DNA of 64,000 nt from Phoronis australis (Eukaryota; Animalia; Phoronida). Under the pieces are notes generated by a model that was not told the origin of the DNA, ran no database searches, and was given only the letters and a program-made list of their open reading frames with translations. Below are positions 38,741 to 52,137 of this stretch, in pieces. The position numbers and the translations under genes are program-made. Each line of letters starts with the position of its first letter. Positions within the stretch are counted from its first letter, which is position 1. The stretch spans positions 2,649,877-2,713,876 of the forward strand of contig NMRA01000002.1 of the NCBI GenBank assembly GCA_002633005.1. The letters are read 5' to 3'.

Positions 38741-38878
38741 GAGCACGGCACTGTCAAGGGGTTCCCCGGGGCTCAGGAATATGAGGGCAACCTGCTGTTT
38801 GAAGAGTGTGACATCCTGGTACCCGCTGCCAGTGAGAAACAGTTGACTGGAGAGAACTGTCACCTTGTAAAGGCCAAG
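38741..38878 (+). CDS. GLUD1: Glutamate dehydrogenase exon 7
   Basis: ccacag|EHGTVKGFPGA...ECDILVPAASEKQLT...VKAK|gtatag. Confidence 0.96.
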
Positions 38879-39380
38879 GTATAGTATACAGAGGGTGGAG
38901 CTGTAGTGTGAGAAAAGGTGGGAAGGCGCAAGGAGATGGGGGGGGGGGNGGGAATCATAGGTGAGCTATCGTTTGGCTGCTGGTGAAAAACTGCTTTTTG
39001 TTTTAAGGCCAGGGGATGAGGAAGTTTTTTTGTATCGTAGATGGAGTTAATGTTATTCAAGTAAAATCTGTGTTAGGGTAACATTAATATATTAACCGAT
39101 TGGTATTTTAGAAGATGCAGGGGTGTAAAAGAGTGATAACTTGTCATTTGTCTGGATGTAGTTCAGGCTGGACTGTTGTCTTGCTGACAGGACAAATCAA
39201 ATTTTACACTGCCAACTGCCAGTCACTGCTGTTTTGTCATCAAATAATGGTCACACTCATTTGACTACTATGATCACACTGTGGTTTGGATTACTATCAG
39301 TACAGTACTGTGTTTACTAAGAAAAATGGAACTAGACTTATCATGAAGTAAGGGGTTGTAATGTTTTGTGGCTGTTACAG

Positions 39381-39461
39381 ATCATAGCTGAGGGGGCCAA
39401 TGGACCAACAACTAACGCTGCTGACAAGTACTTTGTGGAGAACAAAGTTCTCGTCATTCCT
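39381..39461 (+). CDS. GLUD1: Glutamate dehydrogenase exon 8
   Basis: ttacag|IIAEGANGPTTNAADKYFVENKVLVIP|gtaagt. Confidence 0.96.
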
Positions 39462-39978
39462 GTAAGTTGGTTAACAGAAAAGGTTCTGGGTGAATGATTT
39501 TGATTGGTACATTTCATAACTTGTGATTTGCATTATACTAACTTTAAGACCATTTGACTGTTCAATGTTGAGCTCTTAAACAAATTGTTTTAAGTGTAAA
39601 ACGCCATTGTTCATGAAACTAAAATTTGACTGGAATCCATTCCCTCTTTCAAACTCCACCGATTTGTTTTTACTGACCAATCATTTTTAACCATGAGCGT
39701 AACTAATTGTTTCGGAAATAATTTACTAATTATTTTAAAGAATTTTAGTGTCTGAAACCTTTGGAATTCTACATTGTATCAGTTTCTGAGAGCAGTGGTC
39801 TAATGAGGGCTTAAGCTCCACAAGGTGGTGCTAGTGAATCAAATGTCCTTCCCTTGGACATCCTACACGCAAGTAGTCATGCAGAGGAAGTGCTTTCTGT
39901 GAATATTTAGTCTCCTATCATGTATGAGTGTATTAATCCTTCACATCCACATGTTACGTTGATCAATGTCCCTTGCAG

Positions 39979-40194
39979 GACCTGTATGTGAACGCGGGTG
40001 GTGTTACTGTCTCATACTTTGAGTGGCTAAAGAACCTCAACCATGTTAGTTACGGCCGCCTGACGTTCAAGTATGAAAAGGAGTCCAATTATTACCTGCT
40101 GGATTCTGTACAAAAATCACTGGAGAGGAAATTTGGCCGAAACGGTGGCCAGATTCCCATTACACCATCTCAGGACTTTGAAAAGAGAATTCAT
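39979..40194 (+). CDS. GLUD1: Glutamate dehydrogenase exon 9 (antenna)
   Basis: [33 protein letters not shown]...FEKRIH|gtgagt. Confidence 0.97.
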
Positions 40195-41121
40195 GTGAGT
40201 ATATGACAGGATGGGAGACATCTTTCCTCGCATCGAGTTGTTTTTGTTAAAAAATGAAAATCGTTTCTGTTGCGCTTGCTTTCTGGAAATTATTGTGAAA
40301 TTATAATTTGTAATTTTTTATAAGTTTGAAATGCAACCACCCGTAATTTTTTTTTTGTTCTTGTGGTTGACTGCACAGGCGCTTGAGTTTATCTGTTCCT
40401 CCATCACCTCTAACATCATTCATTACTAAGAAAACATGTGTTTCTTATATATGGTTATTAGCCATCGAGAAATTCGAGCACCTGTGGTTAAATGGTGTTA
40501 TTTGCATGCTGAAGAGGAGATGGAGGGAGTGAAAAAGTCGGAGCTTTTTGCAAGTTGCATTTTTGTTTCAGTTTTTGATTCTGTGCGGATTGTTTATAAA
40601 ATTTACTAAAGTTACCCACCATCAAACATTTATGGCCCAATGAAACAACAGCGACCTGTAAATTTTTATTTTTTTGAAGTACGACCACCAGCCATTTTGA
40701 ATTTAAATCAAACGCAACCACCCATAAATTTTTATTTCAGTTGCCTTCCCCCCCCCTCCCACACAGATTTTGCTGGAACAGCCCTAAGAAACTTACTTCA
40801 AAAACATCTGGATTTGTGATTTTTTTGAAAACCTCCATGCACAACACTTTCATGAACACTTCTACTGCTTGCAAAATAATCCGACATAGTTACAGCTGTT
40901 GGTCTCAGGTTGTCCAGTTTCCCTGATCATCCATTTTTGGTTTCTGACTATAAAACAAAGAAAGTTCAACAAAATAGAAATTGTTTAGTGGACTAATAAT
41001 TCACAATGTTCATGTTTATGGGAAATATTTTACTTTTCGGATAGCCTTTGGAACAGTAGTTGAAGATGACCTTAAAGACAAAGGCTCAGTTCACTGATGT
41101 CATGTGTGTGTTCTAGAGCTG

Positions 41122-41230
41122 GGAATAATCTGATGTACAGTGCCCGTATTTTAAGAACCAGTTTGATGCCCGTCATTCAGTGGAGAAAACTGTTTCTCAA
41201 AATTCGGGCACGTTATATCAGACCATTACC
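41122..41230. mobile_element. ~110-bp MITE family (also ~49298-49412 and ~55775-55873)
   Basis: Palindromic element with shared core TTCTCAAAAT..GGGCA.GTTATATC; three copies. Confidence 0.6.
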
Positions 41231-41388
41231 CTAGAGCTGTTACTAGATGAGTTAGAACTATTGTATTACCATGAAATTCCAAATGTTGCGTTCTGGTTCT
41301 CATTCTATAACTACTGTATCTAATAGCCATTATATGTGTTATTAATTCTGCTAGTTTTTTTATTTATTTGGTATCCTATTTATTACAG

Positions 41389-41451
41389 GGTGCATCTGAG
41401 AAGGATATTGTCCATTCTGGCCTGGAGTACACGATGGAACGATCTGCGCAC
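41389..41451 (+). CDS. GLUD1: Glutamate dehydrogenase exon 10 (pivot helix)
   Basis: ttacag|GASEKDIVHSGLEYTMERSAH|gtaagt. Confidence 0.97.
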
Positions 41452-42900
41452 GTAAGTGACCACAGTTGGGGGTCTGAAGTCATTGGCATCAGTCATATAG
41501 GATTTGCGAACTAGGCAGTGAGACGGTCATGAATACACTTGGGGCCGAAGCCTGGATGTTTTGATTATCTTTATGCCGATGATTTTTAATGAGATAAGGC
41601 CAGGCTTATCTTGTGACACAGATGTGTCAGTGAATGATGGCTAGAAAACATAAGTACAATTATAGAGTAAACTGGTTTGTGAAATATGATGTATCAAAAT
41701 GATCACTTTGTTTTTTGAAACCCACTGTGGCATGCAAAAAGGCTTTCTAATAATGCTGCTATCCAACTGAATATTTAAACTAAGCAATTTGGATACAATT
41801 TCAATTTCATTCTTTCAGTTTACTTAAAAGCTCATGTTATACCATCTTTGAAAACCATTGGTTTATTTTGGGTGGAACCATTTTGTTTTCATTTACTTTG
41901 GGGTGGAACCATTTGTTTTTGTTTTCTAACATTGTGCGTTAGCTTTTGGAATTTGCGCATTTAATTTGTGGCACTGTTATCATTTTTCAAATGCATTGTG
42001 GGGCAGTTGTCGGTGACATCACAAGACATGATTGGTGCCATGTAAACAATATGGCAGAAAACAAACACTTGTTATTTAAGTGCAGCATAATGAAAAGTAA
42101 GGGTCCACTATAATATGCTTTATGGTACGAGTGTGACAAGGTAACTGTCATAGAAAATTAAAGAATTTAGTTTCAAACGTCCACAAAATTCGTGTCACCA
42201 GATGTTTGCCAGCTGACAAATATCCCACACTTCATTTGAGATATTAAAGCAATGTCGCCAATCTGATTTGTTCTTGGATGAAATCTCGGGAATGACAAGA
42301 TACAACCATGGACGGAATGGATTCCATTGGTTATTTCAACTGGAAAATCCATCTCAACTTGATTCATTCCATTTTGAAGTTTCCGGTTATGGTTAGGCTT
42401 AAGTGGGGTTGTGGGTCACTTTAAGTGCATAAATTTGAAGTGTCATAATCATCATTTGAAATGCACACTGTCCCGGTGGCCCAGGGCAGCGAATTTACAG
42501 CAAGGCCAGTAACTACTAAATGTTATTGGCCCGCCACAGATATAAGCCCATGTGAATGTGTTCTCATATTGTATTAATTCAAAAAAGGTTTATTGACTAA
42601 TAATTCTGTTGCTGTTGAACACCAACGAGTTTGCTTTTGAACCTTGTGGGCAATAAATTCTCACCTAGAGTTAATAGCAAGACAAATGAGAGTTCTCAAG
42701 CACAGTGCACATTTATTGTAAATGTAAAAGATTGAGAAAAACATAGTTATTTAGGATTTAGGATTCTAAAAGCTGGGCCACAAACTTGGCAGCCGGACCA
42801 ATAATTTTCCAGATTAACTGGCACGGCGGATCAGCACATTTATTTGCTGAAGTTCGAATACTCGTCATACATAATATGATGCGTGACCTCTTTCTTGCAG

Positions 42901-43020
42901 AACATTATGAGGACAGCCATGAACTATAACCTCGGTCTTGACCTAAGAACTGCTGCATACATCTCATCTATTGAGAAGATCTTCAGAGTGTATAATGAGG
43001 CTGGCTTGACGTTCACATAA
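42901..43020 (+). CDS. GLUD1: Glutamate dehydrogenase exon 11 (last)
   Basis: ttgcag|[20 protein letters not shown]...YNEAGLTFT*; total CDS with one exon 4 is 1656 nt (551 aa). Confidence 0.97.
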   Translation, partial: NIMRTAMNYNLGLDLRTAAYISSIEKIFRVYNEAGLTFT

Positions 43021-43746
43021 ACTAGTCTTCATGCATTGCATTTTTAAGCACTTGGCAGTGTTTATATAGTGTCGACTTTAGATTTACCCTCTGGTAACGC
43101 GTGATGTAGCATTGTCAAATAGAGTTCTGAATGAAGATTACTGGGTTATTTATTGGCTTCTGTGCCATATTGATTGTGGTTTACAAATTACCAAGAAATT
43201 GTTTTATAAAATCGTTATGCAGTCATTAATTTGGAAGGAATCAAAGTTTTGAAGTGTCTCATTCTATGGATTTTCTTTTTCACTTCAAAGCACACCAGCC
43301 ATTCTCAGATTACTGTTGAGATTAAGAATTCAAGTTCCATCTCTACTTTTGTGATATTTTGCGCCATGTTGTTAACTTTGAGCTTGTATATATTTGACAT
43401 AGGCACAGGCATTGGATACGGAGGGTTGAAACTGTTTTTTGACTAACAGAAACTCAGTCTACGGCCAAATTTGAAGCACAGGAAAAATTTTTTTGATCTA
43501 CGGTATACTAAGAGATGTTGCAGTTATATAAGAAATAATTATAGCTAACGAGTGGAATTTTGTGGGAGGTAATTCACCTGGTAGTCATTGGGATGATTGT
43601 CTTTTGGCGTGATTGTCAGGATAAACAGGACTTGGTTTATTTTAATATTAACATCCACAGGATATTAGAGATTCTTGACCGAGTCATTCAACTTTTGAAC
43701 GGTTTGGTATTTTGTGCATTTAATGTGAACCTGGATAATAATATTG

Positions 43747-43752
43747 AATAAA
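43747..43752 (+). terminator. Probable GDH polyadenylation signal
   Basis: AATAAA about 730 nt after the stop codon, followed by a GT-rich tract. Confidence 0.55.
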
Positions 43753-46237
43753 CATTTTACAGTCTTAGTAAGTATTGTCTTTGGTCGTAATGCAATATGT
43801 CTGACATTCACAAAGCAATTAGATCTGGTCACACGGATTCATTCTCAGTCTTTCTTTTTTGCTTCCTGTATGAACGTGCACAATAGGATGTCGCAAATTT
43901 GGATGACTGTCTTTTCGAGTACCCTTCTCCAGAGAATGCTTCAAGCGCAACAAACTTTTTGCAGAATTCATACCATGAAACTACCGGTGGTTGATATATA
44001 TACCACTACTTTCACCAGTACCAACAGTAATTTTCAAAACTTAACTGGACAATGAGTTTCTATCGTGGCGGTGAGGAATATGGGTAAATGCGGTGTTGTC
44101 GCAAAGCTGTATGGAACAACTGTATTTTGAAACTACCATATCAGTGCATAGACAAAAATTAGAACGCTGATAGCAATCTCTCTGTTAAAACAACCTTGTA
44201 ATAGCACCTCATCGCCCAGCACATGCTTGAATTTTCATGGACGTCTGTCATGCTTAGATTTGTTATTTAAAGAAACTGTCTCATAAACTTGTAATGCAAA
44301 TCAAGTACTAGTTTACAAACAACTTCGGATCTTCTGGTGTGGCAGAAACCATCCGAGAACCAGTTACCATTACATTCTGGTGAAAGTCTGGTTTTGCGAG
44401 ACTCTTTTTATGTAAATGAGTATGGTAATATGTCATCATTACCGTTATAAAACAACGCAGCTTTTATTATTGTCAAATAATGATTGCGTAACTTTTGGAA
44501 TTACTAGCTAAGGGTTTTCTATATGTTCATACTTGTATCAGTTTTGGTGTTTTCTTTAAAACTGCATTTTATTTATAAATTGTTTCTTTTCCTGATTATA
44601 CTTGTACACAAAGTTCTCCAAGAAGTCACAAGGCGGCACTTGTTACAAATTTAAATATTCAGTTTTAATGAGACCTAGCATCTTTAAGCCACTGGTACTT
44701 TTATCACCTAAAATTATCCTGGAGGTGTTTCATATCTGCGCATGAGTGAACTTTCAATTATCATGTCTGCTAATAAAAATGCAAGATACAGCAGTCTTGT
44801 CTGAGACCAGGGGTGTAAATTTTTGTAACCTTTGCTAAAATGGTGGATATGACTGCTGACACTCTATTGCTGGCTAGTCTCTGAAGTTTTGACCTCTAAA
44901 GATACGCTAGCTATCCTTTTTATATAGAGACAAGATCTGGTTTCCAGAAAGAAAAGTAAAATGTTTGCAAAACATCCAGTATAAGCCACAAGCGAACTTT
45001 ATTTAAACTACTTTCCGCTGTATAAAATTGGTATTGACTTCATCCTTTCTCAGATGAGTCATGATTTCTGAGTTCACAAAGAACTGACTATTCTGTTCAT
45101 TCCTTCAGACCGTGTTCGACACATAAAATGATTAACCAGGACAAGTCCAGTTGCAGAGCCTGGTCTCGAGCAATCCTTGAAATCACCTCCAGTTTGACTA
45201 ACTTCATAACAACACAACAGATTCATTAAAGATTGTTGATTGATCCATGGGTGCATTGAACAGAGTTGGCATAATGTAACAATACACAAACTTGATTACT
45301 TTGTAACTGTACTTTAGGTCGGTGGCCTGTATACTGAATAAATATTTCTTGAATTTGAGACCAGTTCCATACTGATAAGTGATCTAAATTGAAGTATTGT
45401 GATAAAGGGGGGTTTACTGCAACTAGCAAGGCTTGCATTGTTAAGATGTCGTAAAACAGCATTTGGTTCAAAGGATACCAAAGCCGATTTTAGCCTATTA
45501 AAAGCAACTAAAAATGACTTTCCCATCTAATTCTTTGAAACAAAATGATGATCTTTAACCCTCGACAACCCTCAAAAGTTTTGAGGAAAATTTGAAAACT
45601 CCTTTCAAAGTCCGCTAATTGGGCAGGCATAACCCACGCTTTTAGCGAATTACATGGCAACTGTGGGAAAAGACCACCCACCAAGGAGCATAATTTGTGA
45701 GACGGGGATGATGAGTTTTTAGTTGATTACTGCCTTTATTTTTCAAGATTGATGCCAATGATGCATTAACAGGTGACAGAGCGAGAATTGGTTCATATCA
45801 TCAACGCAGGGTTTAGTGTCCTTGTAAGTTTACATTAGCAGAAATGTAATCAACATGAAAAATGACACTAATTTTGGCAATCATTTTTGTGTTGAATAAG
45901 TAGAAAATTATGGTTTGCTTACCAAAAAAAAACACCTGTTGGGTCCAAGTGCCTATAGATTCACAACCCGCAAACCCAAAACTATGGTACAAGCAACCAA
46001 TGTGACAAATCACTTTAATTAATAATATTTATATTCAATTAGCATAACATCAGGTAACATTTGATACAAATGAGAACCCGTGACCTTAAATAACACAAAA
46101 TTTGATTTGATACAAGTGAGAGCACATCACTTTCAAAATCTTCAACCATGATGAATTCAAAATTTACAGTCATCAGCCACTTTAAAAGAAATGCCTAAAG
46201 TGGCGTTATCTGCAAGAAAAAATTTTCCCGGTATCAG

Positions 46238-46309
46238 TCCCAGAGAGGAATCGAACCTCATAAAACTAATGTGTCGTAGTCAAATGCTCTTCTGGCTGAA
46301 CTCAGTCGC
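46238..46309 (-). mobile_element. Degenerate tRNA-like SINE head
   Basis: Minus strand has a B-box GGTTCGATTCC and a decayed D-arm and anticodon arm. Confidence 0.35.
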
Positions 46310-46488
46310 ACTTAGTATACAGCGCGGTAGTTAAGCGTATTCACCAGCCATGATTTTAGAGAATGTCTGACAGACAACTGACAGAATTGGCACCTTGTAT
46401 TAAAATCACAAAAAGTGTTCATGGGTTTTGTTTTACAGCTCTGACCAAAGCTGAAAACTTCCAAGAAGTCTATCCCAACAATAATCTC

Positions 46489-47899
46489 AACAAGAGCAGC
46501 ACGGAGCGTTGAAATGCGCCCACGAATGCATCGCAAATGGTGTGCTCTTAGGGTTGTTTATTTGTGTCATAAAATGGCCACTAGATGGTGCAAAAACGCA
46601 CAATCCATCCGAAAACGAGAACATGTCATTACTTCTTTATTTGAAAGCTATAAACCAAATTTCATAGAAATCCGTCACAGAACTTCAGAGAAACAAAGGA
46701 AAACAGAATAAAATGAAATTGCCACAAGGGGGCACACTGTTCATTGGATCCACCTGAAAGTCCTCATTGTCTGTTACATTTTCAAATAAATACACTTACT
46801 ACTTAAATTTAATAAAGATCTTGCAATGGGTTTAGGAGATACAGCAGCTATAGGCGCAAAACAAAAGAAAACATAACTACCACTAGGAGGTGCCACAGTA
46901 GTCAAAATTGTCATCGTCAACCGTCCTCATCACACTGAGAAAATATACGCCAATTTTCAAAACCGTCCTTTGAATGATTTGGTTGATAGAGGGGTAGACG
47001 CCAAAAAACAGACTCAAAAACAGCAACAAATGGCCACTAGGTGGCACAAAATACCTTGATTCCATCCGAAAACGGGAGAATAGCTTCATCTCACCAATAG
47101 ATGCCCTTTCAAAATTTTATGAAAATCCGTTGAGGACCCTTGAAGATACTAAGGTAAACGTAAAACTGAAATTGCCACCAGGGGCACACCAGTAGTCAGA
47201 TCCATCCGAAAATCGCCGTAGTCCGTTGTCAACATCATATATACACACATTTAATTTAGTAAAGATCCCGCAAACGTTTAGGAGATACAGCCATGGGCAC
47301 AAAAAACGAAACTGCCACTAGGAGGCACCACAGTAGTCAAAGTAATTGGAAAATCATCGTCAGCCCTCCACTTCTTAGTAAAAACATACATGCCAATTTT
47401 CACAATTATCCTGAAAGCAGTTTGGTTGATAGAGGGGTGGATGCCAAAAACAGAATCAAAAACAGTAAATATGGCCACTAGATGGCGTAAACTAGGTCGA
47501 ATCCATTTGAAAACAAAAAGATAGTGTCACCTCACTAACAGAAGGCTGTACACCATATTTTATGAAAATATGTCGAGGACCCTTGAAGATATCCAGGGAA
47601 ATGTAAAAAAATAAAATTGCCAATAGGTGGCACACCAGTAGTCAGATCTGTCCGAAAGTCGTCGTCCTCCGTTGTCATCATCATATAAATGCACTTACTA
47701 AATTTAGTAAAGATACTGCAAACAGTTTAGGAGATATGGCCATAGGCACAAAAAATGCCACTAGGAGGCGCTATGGAAGGAACACATGCAAAATTTCATG
47801 AACATATGTCGAGGGGTTTTGTAGATAGAGCGACGTCCAACGGACAGACGGAGATGACGGCATAATGTGTCCACATATAAATAAGTGGGCGCATAAAAA
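46489..47899 (+). mobile_element. Non-autonomous Helentron-type element (HINE-like), copy 2
   Basis: Colinear with 4029-5706: AACAAGAG start, ATGCGCCCAC, tandem subrepeats, ACGG/ACAG microsatellite, 3' hairpin and A-run. Confidence 0.75.
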
Positions 47900-48324
47900 T
47901 TGTGACTTTCAGCCTGAACACCCCTTTTGTTACACACTATTTAATTATTTTAACGGCAAATCCAGATAAACCACGACAAACAAATATTTGGCAAATGCAA
48001 AGGGATTCCCCCATATCTGAGCATTACCTCGAACTTTTGAAACACGACTTATCTTTGATTGGTAAGCAATTAAAACTCCAATCTTTTCAACTTATAATGC
48101 AGCAGCACAATATTTCTGGACTCATCCATTCAACCACCAAACTCTCGTGCTTCACACAAAATGCTTGTGCAGATCTGAACACGGACCTAGGTATTGGATT
48201 AACTAAACTGTATGACTAACATAACGTACAATCCATAATAAACCAATATACCCATAGTATATTATAACACAAATCACATGTTACTACACGGTCAAATGTT
48301 AGCTATGATCACATGATCATGTGT

Positions 48325-48479
48325 CTAGTCATCATCAGAGTCACTTCCTGCTTTGATCACTTCTTCATCTTCTTCCTCCAGTTCAGGAGAGCTCAGTCCT
48401 GGCACATACCCACTCAGATTTAGCGAGAATCGCTCACTAGAAGGAGGACATGTGACGAAAGCCTTCGTTACAAATGGAC
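48325..48479 (-). CDS. MRPL1: Mitochondrial ribosomal protein uL1m, exon 8 (last)
   Basis: ttgtag|(G)PFVTKAFVTCPPSSERF...acidic tail*; phases consistent; total CDS 1047 nt (348 aa). Confidence 0.88.
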
Positions 48480-49811
48480 CTACAATAAATGCACATAAAA
48501 GAGAATTAAAATCAAACAATCCACTAATATTCTCTAGTCTTGCACTAGACTCAAAAGCATTGTTAATAATTAAGGTCAAAATGAAAACATACCTTGCTCA
48601 ATTCATCATCGCTTAACTCACTCATCTGTACAAGTCATTACATTTCTTTGGTTCATATTACACGCCCATTTGCTTACAAGTAAAAAATGTGCGATAAGTC
48701 AGCATTTTCACGTAACTGGCCACTTAAAAGTAGAATCCATCTCACTTATTATAATCATGCACAAGTTGTCACCACATTTAATCTGTGCCGCGGGTACACA
48801 CTTGATTGCAAAATTGTGCTCGTTCCAAGAATTGTTGGAAAGTGCCACTAACGAAAGTAAATAAATAAAATAAAAATTAGTTTGTTTGCCTCTTCATAAC
48901 TCGCTCTTCATTATAAAATGTGTCAAATGGAGAACCATATGAAAATCACGCTAAGCAAAAGCATGGGATGGTGTCCCAATACTTAGTCGTCCCACATGTA
49001 TACACCATATGTGCTACCATTTTATGACAGCACAAAATGTTGAAACTAAAATACATTGAACAATAACCTATACATTCATTTGCCTCTTATGAAACAAATA
49101 AGATTATAGGTGGTACACGTATGATGAAAATTTATCGAAAAAATCAATCATGACAGTGACAATTTTCCATTACAAATTAAGCTGTGTGTGAAACTTTTAC
49201 AGAAGATAATGTGGCACTTGTTGCTTAAAATCAAACTCTTTTCAAACAATTATTGGTGCAGGCTGTTCATTTCATGAACTCAAGGTGCAGGATAAGTGGT
49301 AATGGTCAGATATAACGTGCCCAAATTTTGAGAATCAGTTTTCTCCACTGAATAACGGTCATCAATTGAAACTGGTTCTCAAAATATGTGCCCATTGTAT
49401 CTGAATATTGCCGGAAGTGTAGCAAAATCTAAAAGTACTGCCATACCACACTGATTCTTATAATGTGCGACACAGGTCTAACATTTTGATGAGGCGGACT
49501 GGGGATGGGCAGAAACTTTGGACGAACTCACGCCCCGAATACAATGCCATCTATGGGGTTTACAAGGCATACTCGGTTCCCACTAACTTTTTCCTGTGTT
49601 CTAGACCGTACTGAGAATTGTCTTCGTATGACACAGCACTAACATGTTATTCCCAACAAGAGTACTTGAATTTCTTTAACTCATAACAAATTATATTAAA
49701 AAGTAAATAAAGGAAAAATGACAACTGTTTACAAAATATTGATCTTTGGGTTTTAAGTGAACAGAGCTCCATTCTTGGTCTATTTAATATTTGAGTTGAG
49801 AAGAGACATAC

Positions 49812-49893
49812 CTAAGTTGACGTTCCGGTGTTCACAAATGGCACTGAGGAGAGAAGCTGCATTCTGAACAAGATCTTCATTGGACATTTCAAG
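49812..49893 (-). CDS. MRPL1: MRPL1 exon 7
   Basis: tctcag|LEMSNEDLVQNAASLLSAICEHRNVNL G|gtatgt. Confidence 0.88.
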
Positions 49894-50301
49894 CTGAGAA
49901 AGAAAAGAAAGGTTATGAAAAATCCTAGAAAAATGCCATCTCCCAAATATGGCTGATAGGTTTCATACGAAACTTGCATTATGCACTGCTCTAAATACTG
50001 TTTCTAAAATGTTCCATTTTTGCATGAGGCGCTTTAAGAAAATAGGACTTCCATGATTTTCAAGAAAACTTCTATAAAATGAAACTACAGCACTTTCACG
50101 AAAAAATCAAAAGATGTACAAAACAAAATAATTCAGAAAACTATAACAGCATTTTTGAGATTTCATCTTAAAATTTTTGTCAAATGAAATTTGGCCATGT
50201 CATTGATAAAGTCATTTTGCCTTTTTTGGTAAAATTTACTAGAAATACATGGTTATATGACCCAATTAAAGGCACATTTGGCAAAAAGTAGAAAAACATC
50301 A

Positions 50302-51174
50302 AATAGCTCACTTGCGAGTTTCTCGTTAGTCACTGTGACGTCACCGGAAAGGGGTCAAAACCCGCCATATTGCTCTTGTTTTGCCCCGAGTCTTTGCTAC
50401 ACACGCTAAAACTTACTGGAGTTCTTATGGTGAATTTTACGCTTAAAACGTTAAAACAACTTAAGATATGGTAGATGGGTCGAGGAATAACTGTGAATGG
50501 ACGAAGAAAATGTGAACTTGTTATGTTGTGCGAAGCTGTGAACGGACTGAAATTGGAACTTAACCCGCTCTAGGCCTGAAAGGCGCTAGGCACAGGCATA
50601 CAGGGGCGATAGTGTATCCCCATAAAAAGATTTTCACTTCAAAATACAGCGAATAAAATCTAATGAAACATGCATATGTGCACATGAAGTTATAATTAAC
50701 ACATACCCTGACTCTGGACACAATTTAGTCTACAAATAACTTGAGCATATTCCGGCGAAATGAAAACCTCACGGTTCTCTCGAGTTTCTCTCACTAGCCG
50801 CCATTTTGAGGAAGTTACATGAAATCACGCCTGTTGACGAACAAAAAGTCCAAGGGACACAAATCTTACAAATTTCACTTGATAGTTTCTCATGCTATTT
50901 TGCAAGTGTCACGCGCCAGGTCACGCGCCAAATCTCGTGCTTCGCTCAGTCTGGCGCTAGCCTTTGCCTCATACTCATCTGACTCAGTTGAAATACTTGA
51001 TTGTGGTTATCGCGCAAGCGGACAAAGTTAACAGTAACCACAAAGTGGAGTTGGAATTCTTCGCCAAAGTCACCTGAATGACCAAACGACAAGCTTTTGC
51101 CCCACTTCCCGTGACGTCACAGTTAAGTCTCACATAATCTCGCGTTATTGTTATAAACTCGCAAAAGGCCTATT
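50302..51174. mobile_element. Non-autonomous DNA transposon (PIF/Harbinger-like ends)
   Basis: AATAGCTCACTTGCGAGTTT / AAACTCGCAAAAGGCCTATT and inverted GTGACGTCAC blocks. Confidence 0.55.
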
Positions 51175-52024
51175 CTTCAGGACTTCTACTTTCAGACAAT
51201 ATATAATTTTACTGCAAGTTAAAATCTATAGCTTCCTACATGATAGGCTTATTACACAGACTTGTCCAAAAGATCCTGAATAACTGAAGGATCGTGTGAC
51301 ATTTCAAGTCGACTAATTGTGGAAGACATATTGTTCACCAGTACTCATAGTTATCATCAGAAAGTTCTCTCCATAGTGAGAGATTTTCACATTCATTTAA
51401 TCGTGAAAGCAAAAATTTTACCTGCAGTTTAGCTTTAGTGATTAATTTATTTACTAAGAAAGCACGATGTCACATGCACTCAAGAAAAGTTGACAAATTT
51501 CATCGTAATAAATCTTGGTTCTTTGAAGTCATGAAGAAGACCAAAAAGGGAATCGGATGTAAAACAATAATCATTTGAAAACTGGGCAAACTTTTGGCTT
51601 AAAAATTCCCAAGAATTGATTTTTTTCAAAACGGCACTGCAATTACATAGCAACAACATTTTGATGAAACACTAATTAAGCGCTAGAATTTGATAACTTA
51701 CAATATCTATGGTAAAAAGGCTTCAGTTTGGGGACACAATATGGCCGCCAAGTGAAATTCCATTTCGTCATTATTTCTCATCAAAAACAACTTTTCAGGA
51801 AAATTTACGTCTTTTGCTTTTAGCATGTCCACTATGACGTAGCGATTAACAAACAACATTTGCAATAATGAGGTAAGCCTGTGAAAAATAGAAATATTAT
51901 TAAACCAATTTAGCAATTATATCTTATTACCTAAGTTGAAGTGTTTTTACCATAAGGGGAGTTCACATTCAATCTCTTGATATGAAGTAACGCATCAAAT
52001 GGTTAAAGTACTTCGAAAACTTAC

Positions 52025-52137
52025 GGTTCCGAAAGGGATAGTGGCTTGTGCTTCCGACTCGGATATTTTCACGGATTCATACGTCACTCCTTTTAAAAAG
52101 AGATGCATCATGGGAATGACGTCCATGTCAACACTTC
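52025..52137 (-). CDS. MRPL1: MRPL1 exon 6
   Basis: ttgtag|(G)SVDMDVIPMMHLFLKGVTYES...IPFGT|gtaagt. Confidence 0.88.
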
